Below are positions 1 to 9,102 of a stretch of 20,000 nucleotides of DNA, piece by piece. The notes under the pieces were generated by a model. The model had not been told where the DNA came from, did no database searches, and saw only the letters and a list, made by a program, of their open reading frames with translations. Source of the DNA: Parvularia atlantis. Taxonomy: Eukaryota. Each line of letters starts with the position of its first letter. The stretch's first letter is position 1. The stretch is from assembly GCA_943704415.1 (NCBI GenBank), contig CALSCO010001760.1:45161-65160 (forward strand), read 5' to 3'. Made by a program: the position numbers and the translations under genes.

Positions 1-1337
1 GCTGCACATGGGCCGTCTCTTCAGCCGCTACGCCAAGGTCGCAAGCGAGAACCCGCACGCGTGGTTCCGCACCGCGCACACGCCCGAGGCCCTCGCCACG
101 CCGTCCGACGCCAACCGCATGGTCGTGTACCCCTACACTAAGAACCTGATGGCGTTCCCGAACGTCGACCAGGCCGCGTGCGTCGTGCTCACGACCGTTG
201 CGCACGCTCGGACGATCGGTGCGAACGGCCACGGTCGTGCTCGGCGACGTCTGCCAAGCTGACGACGACGCGGTACGCCTGCAGGCATCCCCCCGAGCAA
301 GTGGGTGTACCCGATGGGCGGCGCCAACTTCATCGACGTTGAGGAGGTGACCGAACGCGTGCGGCTGAGCGAGTCGCCAGGCGTGCGCCAGTGCGTGTGC
401 ACGGCGGCCTCGCCGCCGCTGCCTGCGCCCTCATGCAACCGCGCACGCAGCGCCGCGCGCCTCGCCCTCGACCAGGCGGGCGTCGGCCTGGACGACATCA
501 AGCTGTTTGACATCTACTCATGCTTCCCGTCGGCCGTGCAGATCGGCCTGCGCGAGATCGGTCTGAGCGAGGACGACCCGCGTCCGCTCACCGTGACCGG
601 CGGCCTGCCGTACTTTGGTGCGCCCGAGCGCGTGCGCAGACGAGACGGCCACTGCTTACCGCGCTGCCCAGGCGGCCCCGGCAACAACTACAGCATGCAC
701 GCGATCGCCTCCATGGTCGAGCTGCTGCGCCAGCCGCAGCATGCCGGCGCCATGGGCCTCGTCTGGGCCAACGGCATGTACGTGACCAAGCACGCCGTGG
801 GCGTGTACGGGCACCGGCCCGCGCGGCTCGCCTGGGCACACCAGGCCGCGCGCCTGCCCGCCATTCAGCAGCTGATCTCGGTGCGCACGGTGCGGCGGCG
901 CGGGCAGCCGACGCTCACGCGCGGCCGGCAGACGTCCAAGCTGCCGCCGTGCGTGCCCAGGCTCGAGGGCACGGCGCGTATCGAGGCGTACATGGTGCGT
1001 GCGAGGCCGTCTGCATGCAGCGACGCTCACCCAGCGCGCCCAGGTGCTGCACGACAAGAAGAAGGGCAACGCACCGGCGTGGGGCGTGGCGCTCGTGCGC
1101 GAGGTCGTGTCGGACGCCGTGCGCCCGGCTGCGCGGTCGCTCGCGCGCATTGACCGTGCGCGCTGTGCTTGTGCGGCGGGCCGGGGGCACTGAGACGTTG
1201 TGCGCGCCGCGCTCACAGCCGATCAGCTCGCCCAGATTGAGGCCGTGGACGCCGTCGGGCGCCTGGTGACCGTCCGCCACGACCGCAAGTCGGGGCACAA
1301 CTACCTGCGCGTGCACCTCGAGGGCGCCAAGCTGTGA
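1..1337 (+). CDS. Thiolase-like protein (TLP1-type acetyl-CoA acetyltransferase family), 5' end outside window, C-terminal PTS1 (AKL)
   Basis: Spliced model uses introns 219-284, 391-450, 618-671, 881-931, 995-1043 and 1156-1218 (all GT..AG, phases consistent). It restores motifs YPYTKNLMAFPNVDQAA, FDIYSCFPSAV, TVTGGLPYFGGPGNNYSMHAIA and ANGMYVTKHAVGVY, and ends ...HLEGAKL-TGA (1335-1337). Confidence 0.85.
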
Positions 1338-1376
1338 TGCTGTGTTTTCTCGAGCTTACACAAGATAGGCGGGCCG

Positions 1377-3466
1377 TCACGCGGCAAGCTTGCGCCGCCG
1401 GAACGAGATCATGGGCTCCTTTGGCAGGACGACCATGGACGTGTAGTCGGTCTCGGGGAACCCCTTGTCGGTCAGCTTGAACTCGTACAGGCGCAGGAAC
1501 GTGGCTATGATCGCCTTGACCTGCAGGTACGCAAACTGCTCGCCGATGCAGCGGTGCCGGCCCGCGCCGAACGGGAAGTAGCTGTGCTTGCCGCCCTTGG
1601 CGTCCTCCTCGCGCGGCGGCAGGAAGCGGTCGGGGTCAAACTCGTCCGCGTTGGCGAAGACTGCCGGGGGCAGGCGTGAGCGCGCGCGGCGGCGGCATTG
1701 GCAGCGGCGCGGGGGTCGCCACGCACTGTGCGGCAGGCGCTGCGTCGCAAACGGCGACACGCAGATGTAGTGCCCGGCCGGGATGGTCATGCCGTTGTAC
1801 TCGACGTCGGTCATGACCTTGCGCATGAGCGTGAGCAGCGGCGGCCGGATGCGCAGCGTCTCCTTGAGACAGCGGTCCATGATCGGCAGGGCATCGATCG
1901 TGTCGTAGTCCAGCGGGTGCAGCTGGCCGCCCTGCACCGTGCGCTGCTCCTCCAGCAGCAGCGTCCTGCGCCGAGCGCCGTCAGGCCGGCGACGGCGTCA
2001 CGGGCGCGACGCACTGCCACTCGGGGTGCTTGGCCAGGTACGACACGAACCACGCGAGCGTCGTCGACGACGTGTGCTGGCCGGCCATGAGCAGGGCGAT
2101 GAGCATGTGCGCCACCTGGTGGTCCTTGAGCTGCGCGCGCCACGCTCCGTCAGAGAGCGCTCACACACAGAGCGGCACGCATCGCAGCCGCACGCACGCG
2201 CTCGCCGTTCTTGTACTCCTGGCGCATGAGGTTGTCCAACATATCGTTGTACTGCTGCGGGCACGCGAGTTTGGCTGCTGCACGCCAACGAGCCGCGCGC
2301 ACGCGCACACACACCAGCAGCTCGCCGCGCTCGCGCCGCTCCTGGATCACGCGGATGAACAGGTTGCGCATCTTGGTCTGGGCGATGTCGCGGCGGTAGT
2401 TGGCCGGGAAGGGCACGTTCGGGAAGAGAAAATTGATCGGCTTGAATCCCTGGTCGAGGTCGTGGTACAGCTTGGCGACTGCACACGCAGCGCGTAAGGC
2501 GCTGCACCGCGAGCGAGACGTGTCTACACACGCGCACCCTCGACGTCGAGCACCTTGCGGATCTCGGCGCCCATGAGGCAGCTCGACGCGGTCATGATCG
2601 TGAGCTCGGCAAACGCCGTGAGCGCGTTGGCCTCGCCGGCCTCGGGCCACTTGCTGTGCGCGCGTGCACCGACATCATCGTCGTCGTCGTCGTCAGCAAC
2701 AGCAGCAGCAAAGGGGGCCCGTGCGCGCGCGCGCGCCTGAAGAAGTCCTCGACCTCGGCCTGGATCATCGGCACGTACTCGACAAAGACCTCGCGCGTCA
2801 GGCCGGCCTTGACCATGCTGCGGTGCGCGGGTGCCGTGCTCAGTGTGCTGATACGCGCGCGCACGATCGCCCGCTGCACACACCGCTTCTGCTCGACCAG
2901 GACGTGGTTCGGCACGTCGTACACAACGTCCTGCGCGTGCGAGCGTGCTCAGCACAGCCTCGCGGCGGCCTTGCGACGAGGCGCACCTTGCCGAAGACGG
3001 GCACGGTCAGCGGTGCGTAGGCGGCCTCGGCCGAGACGTTCTCGTGGCGCGCGTTGATGAAGAAGTCGGCGGCGTCGGGCGAGAGGAAGCTGGCGCGGCG
3101 CGGGGCGCGCGTCTCAGTGCCGACAATGACGCCAAAAGGCGGACGAGCGGGGCACTAGGTCATGGTGCGGCCGACGATCTTGACCGAGAACACGTCGCCG
3201 TACTTGCGGTAGGCGCTGAGCAGGAAGCGGCACGGCTCGACGCCAAACTCGATCGCGGAGCCGATGACGGGCAGGTAGTAGGGCACGTGCGGCGGCAGGT
3301 TGCGGTGCTTCTTGCCGCTCTGTCGCGCGGCCGCCCGTCGGCCGCCGCTCTGCTTCACAGCACTGCCACGCACCGGCACGAGCAGCAGCACGGCCGCGAC
3401 GAGCACGGCCACGAGCGACGCCGCGAGCACGCCCGGCGACAGCGTGAGGCCGAGCAGCGCGGGCAT
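1377..3466 (-). CDS. CYP51: Sterol 14-alpha-demethylase, cytochrome P450 family 51 (~487 aa, 11 exons)
   Basis: ATG at 3466, then a hydrophobic N-terminal anchor. Introns: 3320-3373, 3090-3155, 2931-2986, 2818-2883, 2654-2736 (GC-AG), 2479-2537, 2255-2314, 2131-2197, 1966-2014, 1661-1726. Spliced CDS is 1464 nt. Signatures: [32 protein letters not shown]-helix [15 protein letters not shown] (ExxR), FDPDRF, heme loop [12 protein letters not shown]. Confidence 0.96.
2654..2736 (-). other. Non-canonical GC-AG intron in CYP51
   Basis: TTCAG|GCGCGC donor and CAG acceptor give a phase-consistent join restoring EDFFSKWPEAG. No GTGCG-type donor is available nearby. Confidence 0.7.
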
Positions 3467-3618
3467 CGGATGATGAGCGAAGCGTGACAGCAACACGCCA
3501 CATGCGCCGCGCGCGCTGATTGGCCGCCGCGCCTCACCCGACGCGTCACCCTACCCACGCAGCGCGTCACACTTCTCGTCGCATTCGTCGCCTGCTCGCT
3601 GCGCCGCGCCCCGCCCTC
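3467..3618. promoter_or_regulatory. Bidirectional promoter between CYP51 and squalene synthase with CCAAT box and SRE-like elements
   Basis: 152 bp between divergent ATGs. GCTGATTGGCC (reverse complement GGCCAATCAGC, NF-Y-type CCAAT box, core 3519-3523). CTCACCCGAC (3533-3542) and GTCACCCTAC (3545-3554) each match SRE-1 ATCACCCCAC at 8/10. Weaker copies are AACACGCCAC (3492-3501) and GTCACACTTC (3566-3575). Confidence 0.65.
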
Positions 3619-5098
3619 ATGTCCAAGTACGTCGAGCTGCTCACGCACCCGGACGAGGCGCTCGCGATGCTGCGCTTCAAGCTGAGCGGCGCCGACAAGC
3701 CGCCGGCGGATCTGGCGGTGCGCGCGCGTTTTCAGTGGGCGCGCGTCACGCTACTGAACGAGGGGGGCATGCGGCGCAGGACGCGGCGCCCAACCTTCGC
3801 CGGTGCTACGAGCTGCTCAACGCGACCAGCCGCAGCTTCGCCATGGTCATCCAGAAGCTCGACCGGGAGCTGCGCGTGCCCGTGTGCCTGTTCTACCTTG
3901 TGCTGCGCGCGCTCGACACGATCGAGGACGACATGACCCTGCCCGTCGCCCGCAAGGTGCCCGAGCTGCTCGCCTTTCACGAGCGCCTGCACCAGCGCGG
4001 CTGGACCTTCACCGAGAGCGGCCCGGACGAGAAGGACCGCCAGCTCCTGGTCGAGTTTGACAAGGTCATCGCCGAGTTCCTCGCCCTCAAGCCGGCCTAC
4101 CAGGACGCGATCGCCGACATCACGCGCCGGATGGGCGCGGGCATGGCTGAGTTCATCGAGAAGCGCTCGGTCGAGACCAAGGACGAGTGGGACAGGTACT
4201 GCCACTACGTCGCCGGCCTCGTCGGCATCGGCCTTTCGCGCCTCTTTGCGCGCTCGCACCTGGAGGATCCCGCGGTCGAGGCGCGCGAGGACCTGGCCAA
4301 CAGCATGGGCCTGTTTCTACAGAAGACCAACATCATCCGCGACTACCTCGAGGACATCAACGACGGGCGCATTTTCTGGCCGCGGCAGGTCTGGCAGCGC
4401 TACGCCAGCGCCCTCGCCGACTTCAAGAAGCCCGCGCACCGCGTCCAGGCCCTCGCCTGCCTCAACGACCTCATCACCGACGCCCTGCGCCACGTGCCCG
4501 ACGTCTTCGCCTACCTCGCCAGCATCAGGAACCAGACCGTCTTCAACTTTTGCGCGATCCCGCAGGTCATGGCCATCGCCACCCTCGCGCGCTGCTACAA
4601 CCACCACGGCGTCTTCACCGGCGTCGTCAAGATCCGCCGCGGCGAGTCGATCAAGCTCATTCTCGAGGCCCAGAGCATGCCGGCCACCGTCGCCGTGTTT
4701 GAGCGCGAGCTGGCCGTGATTGAGGCCAAGTTTGCGCACGTGCAGACGCCCACGCACGACACGGCCACGGTCATCCAGCAGGTGCGATGCAACACGCACA
4801 GCCCCGTCGCAGTGCTCACTCGGCGACGCCACCGCGCGCACAGATCCGCGCCAAGGCCGGCATCCCGCAGCGCACGCCCTCGCGCGCCCTGGCCGCACAG
4901 CCGCGCCGCGTGCTCGACAGCGTCGTCCCGCTCGCCTTTGCCGCCTCGGCCGCCTACTTCCTCGGCATGATCTTCTTCCAGGGCCACGCGCACGGGCGGC
5001 TGCCGGGCGAGCTGCCCCTGCGCCTGCCGGCCCTGCCGGCGCTCGTGGCCCTGCCCGCCCTGCCCTCGCTCGCAGACATCAAGCTGTCGCGCTCTTGA
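3619..5098 (+). CDS. FDFT1: Squalene synthase (farnesyl-diphosphate farnesyltransferase, ERG9/SQS), ~451 aa, 3 exons
   Basis: ATG 3619 (MSKYVELLTHPDE). Introns 3718-3779 and 4782-4843; spliced CDS is 1356 nt. Motifs TSRSFA, FYLVLRALDTIEDD, YCHYVAGLVGIGL, NSMGLFLQKTNIIRDYLED, FCAIPQVMAIATL and VKIRRG, plus a C-terminal TM segment VVPLAFAASAAYFLGMIFF. Confidence 0.96.
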
Positions 5099-5138
5099 AT
5101 GCTGTACACACCACCACAAGCTAAACGAAACCGTAATC

Positions 5139-7283
5139 TCACAGGGCGCCGGCCGCGCTGACCGTACTGCTGGCGCTGCTGCTGGCCGCGCCGGCCGCGC
5201 CGCGGCTGAGCGTGCGCTGGTGGCGGCCGTGGCCGTGGTGCCGCGACTTGACAAACTCCTGCGCCGCGACGTGAGACAAGCCAGCGCTGCCGTCGCCGGC
5301 GCACCAGCGAGTACTCCTCGTGCCCGCACGCCGTCTTGTGCCGCTCAAACATCAACGCGATGGCCTCGTAAAACTTGCGGTGCACCGCGTCGACCTGGGT
5401 GCGCGCGTGAGCCCCTGTCGTGCACATCGGCGCCGCGCCGCACCTGCTCGGGCGTCGGGTTGGCCTCCTTCGGCACGGGGATGGGGTCACCCACGACGAC
5501 CGTCACGGGCACCTTGCGCGGAAACTGGAGAAAGTTGCCGACGCCGACAAAGTACGGGAACGGCGTGCCGACAAACTTGAGCAGCAGCTCCGAGAGGATC
5601 GGGATGTTGATGTAGTCCTGCGCACAGCGGCCACCGTCACCCCCCGGGGTGCGCGCGGAGCAAGAGGGCCACGCACAAAGTAGAGCGTCTCGCCGAACGA
5701 GAACATGGGCACAAGCGGCTTGCCGGCCTCGATCGCCACGCGCACAAAGCCCTTGTGCCCGGTAATCAGGCGGATCTTCTTCTCGCGCGACGACGACACG
5801 CAGAGCTCCGACACGCCGCCGGGGATCATCAGCACCGACTTGCCGTCGCGCAGCGTCGCCAGGAACGTCGGCTTGGTGACCTGGCGCGTGCCCGCCCACT
5901 GCGCCGGGTCGCGCAGCAGCTGTGCATCCGCGTCAGGGCTCCGCACATGACGCAGACACGAGCGCAGACACGAGCGCACCGGTGTCATGTTGAGGATCGA
6001 CGCGCCCAGCATGAACACGTCAAACGAGCCAAAGGCCTTAACAAAGTCCGGGTGCATCGGCAGCCACGCGCCAGTGAGCGGCATAATGCCTGATGCGACA
6101 GGCTCAGCAGGCAGGCAGGCAGCAGGCGCATGTGCGCCGCGCACCGTGCGGCGCCAGCGCAAAGATGTAGTTCTCGGCGCGGTCGAGCTTGGCCAGGTCC
6201 GTGTCGACGATGACCTGCCCGTTGAAGTAGCGCCGGATGTCGTGCAGAAAGAACGAGCTGCGGAAGCCCTCCCACCGGCGCTTGCCCGTGTCCTCCGGGT
6301 GGCCCTCGTACGTGGTCGCGTACAGACTCCTGCGAGCAAGCCCGTGAGCGCTCCGCGTGCGCGGCCGGGCGGCGACGGAGCGCACCAGAAGATGGTTGCG
6401 ACCGGCAGGGCCACGCGGAGCGGCAGGGCGACAAAAGGCAGGACGATCGTGGCCGCAAGCGCAAACTGCATGTTGCAGAAGACGGCAATGACGACCGTCT
6501 GGCGCACGGCCACGAGGCCCTCGATCGCGGCCTCGCGCAGGCGCGACGTCTCGAGCACAAAGGCCTCGCGCAGGGACGCCTTGCCGTCGTACACTTGCAG
6601 CGACGCGATCATGAGCACCTCGGACGCGATGCACGCCACGCCGGCCATCGTCCACAGGCCCAGAACCGAGTGTTCGACGCCGAGCCCCATCAGCGCGAAC
6701 CAAGTCGCCGTGGCAATGATCGCGCCGGCGAAGAAGAGCCACGACTGGCGCGCGCGTGAGCGACGGCCGACGCCAGCACGGCCTGCACGCACAAAGAACT
6801 GCAGCGCGATGAACGTGATGCCGCCGCGCAGCGGCTGGAAAAAGTGCCAGTGCGACGGGTAGAGCTGCTTGCCTGCGCACGCGTCAGCCGCCGGGTTGGT
6901 TGCAGCGGCCGCGCGCGCGCGCACCCGTCAGGCCGTGCGTGAGTGGGATGGCCACGAGCGTGAGCACGGTCGCGACGACGGCCATCGTCGTCGTCGGCTG
7001 GCCGACGTGCAGCGCCTGGACCATGTCCATCGCGAAGCTGAGCACGGCCGAGGCGACTGCGCGCGCCCCGCGTCAGCCGCCAGCGCGCGCGCTTCCCGGC
7101 CGCGGGCGCACCGGCCGGCACGACGCAGAGCGCGTAGATGAGCGGGAGGTGGCGGGACGCCGACGCGGCCGACGACGACAGCGCGCGCACGACGCGCCCG
7201 GGCTTGGACGGCTTGGCGCGCTGCCGGCCCTCGTGGACGGCGCCGCGGAGCATGCGCAGCGACGCGCCAATGTCGTTGAGCAT
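5139..7283 (-). CDS. DGAT2: DGAT2/MOGAT-family acyltransferase with extended multi-TM N-terminus (~554 aa; start codon uncertain: 7253, 7283 or 7430)
   Basis: Introns 7057-7111, 6873-6924, 6745-6792, 6330-6385, 6090-6144, 5920-5979, 5618-5676, 5395-5443 and 5259-5304 give a 1665-nt CDS from ATG 7283. DAGAT blocks: RRYF, YIFALAPHGIMP (HPHG-like), IPGGVSE, KGFVRVA...LVPMFSFGE, PVTVVVGDPI, VDAVHRKFYEAIALMFERHK. Stop at 5139-5141. Confidence 0.88.
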
Positions 7284-7350
7284 CCTCTGCGCGGAATCAG
7301 CTGCCTTTGCTGTGTCAGCAGCATACGGGAGCAAGGGGGGCGCGCCACAC

Positions 7351-7373
7351 GAGAGAGAGAGAGAGAGAGAGAG
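7351..7373. repeat. (GA)11 microsatellite upstream of, or in the 5' region of, the DGAT2-like gene
   Basis: Perfect GAGAGA run. Confidence 0.95.
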
Positions 7374-7472
7374 CGCCAACTGCACAGCACATGCTTTCGC
7401 CCGATCGGGAACCCCCCGTGCCAAGACCATGGCAACATTTGACACAAGGCTCTGTCAACACAACGACGCTTC

Positions 7473-9057
7473 TCACGTCTGCGCCTCGCACAGGAAGCGC
7501 AGGAGCATGGCAAGGCGCGTGTAGAACATCTGCTGGCAGTAGTGGATGGAATCGACTGGTCGCGTGCCCCACGGCGCGCCGACCGAAGGCGCCGACACAT
7601 CGAGCAGCGCGATGCGCTTGTACTTGCGCGAGGCGAAGAGGTCCCGCACCACCAGGTTGATCGCCGCCACGCGCGTGGACGTCAACCGGACCTTGTCGAG
7701 GATGCTCGGCTTGTGCATGACGTGTAGCGCCGCCGCCGTCGCAAACACCGCGCGCGGGAAGGTCGAGCGGGCCTCGATCTGGTCTAGCAACGACTGCAGC
7801 TGCGTTGCGCGCGCACGCGCCGCGTCAGCGCACGGTGGACACGAGCACAGCCAGGCCCACCTGCACCCGGAAGCGCGGCAGCGTCGACTGGTCCTTCAGG
7901 TTCCACAGCCCCGACGAGAGCACAAGCACGGGCGTCGCGCGCAAATCAATCAGGCTTTCCCAGGGCCGCATGGTCACGTTCAGGTACAGCTGCAGGTCGG
8001 CCTCGCTCTGCAGCTGGTAGACACGATGAAAGTGCACGGCCGGCAGCGTCTCCGGCAGCGGGCGCGACGAGCACGCGTCGTTCCCTTGCAAGCGCGTAAA
8101 GTTTGTCAGTGTGGTCAGCTGCCCAGTCACCGAGTCGCCGACGTTGTAGAGCTCGAAGCGCTGGCGACACTGGGGCCACGGGCGATCCACAGGACCGAGC
8201 AGCTTCGAGCTGAGCGGCTCGGCCCACACCCACGACTGGTCGGGGAACTGAACGCTGCTCAAGGGTGGATGGGAGAGCAGACCAAACGGTCGACCGTCGC
8301 ACTTGCTAAAAGTCTTGCTCGGAATGCACTTGAGTGCCAGCGGGAAACGCGGCCCTGGGTGCCACCAGCCCCACGGCAGCTCCAGGTCTGCCGCGGGCGA
8401 CGGCGGCGCGACCGCTGGCAGGACCAGAAGCACGGGATTGTCACGCCCGTGCGCAATCTCGTCGCGGAGCGTGGGCTGGTTTGGGCCGGGCTGGAGCGAG
8501 ACCGTCGCGTTGTCGTACTCGAGCACAAAGATCATGTGATGCGCCGCGTCCGCTGCTGCCATGTCGCCAGGGCCACCACCGCGAGTGCTCGTCGCAGCAG
8601 CAGCTTGAGGCGCCCGCCGCACGCCGAGCACGCACGGCCGCCCCTGTGCCGCGTCCCACCAAACCGGCATTGCCGCAAACACGTCCGGCCCGGCCAGGTA
8701 CGCCCGCACGACGCTCTCGCTCGTCAGCACGGTCGGCGCGCTGCTGTTCCTGTGCCACCGCTCACCACGCTCAACGCAGAGCACGGCGGGCGGCCACGCT
8801 TGCCGCTCCTGCAGCACGCGCCACGCGCATCCGCCGTCCGCATTGCACGCGACGTCCCAGCGCTGCAGGGCCGCCGTGCCATTGTGTAAGTCCGAATCCG
8901 TGTCGTTGTTGGTCACGGCCATCGCCGTGTCGAGCAGGACCGTGACATCCAGGACGTGTTCGCGCATCCGCATCAGCCCGCCCGCCAGCAGCAGCACCAG
9001 CACGAGCAGCGCGCCGCCGGCCGCCGCCCACGTGCGCATCGGCCAGGAGGATGCCAT
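7473..9057 (-). CDS. Type II membrane SGNH/PC-esterase (NXPE/CASD1/TBL-like) putative O-acyltransferase or esterase, ~507 aa
   Basis: Intron 7800-7860 (GTGGGC..CAG, branch-like GCTGAC) joins ORFs 7825-9057 and 7473-7790 in frame (1524 nt). N-terminal anchor AAAGGALLVLVLLLAGGL, block I LYNVGDS, central VLVLSSGLWN and C-terminal DSIHY (DxxH). Confidence 0.7.
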
Positions 9058-9102
9058 GCCACGGTCTTACCGATTCAAGTTCAACTCCATTACTACGTAT
9101 CA

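Noticed and set aside
1356..1360. TGTAA (minus strand) as a chlorophyte-type poly(A) signal implying a green alga
   Set aside because: It is not repeated at the other convergent junction, and the CYP51 and SQS sequences are not of the plant/green-algal type.
5951..5978. 12-nt tandem duplication CGCAGACACGAG
   Set aside because: Local slippage inside an ordinary 60-nt intron, with no evidence of function.
5987..6862. 291-aa + strand ORF and other Arg-rich overlapping ORFs
   Set aside because: Antisense or out-of-frame shadows of the DGAT2-like gene, with no family motifs.
7452..7476. Possible splice (AC|GTGAG..CAG) removing the SGNH stop and fusing it to the DGAT2 gene
   Set aside because: It would need a 25-nt intron, far below the 46-nt minimum seen here, and the SGNH domain already ends naturally after DxxH.
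7546..8889. 447-aa + strand ORF
   Set aside because: Antisense shadow of the SGNH gene. It is Arg/Ala-rich with no motifs, as expected in very GC-rich DNA.
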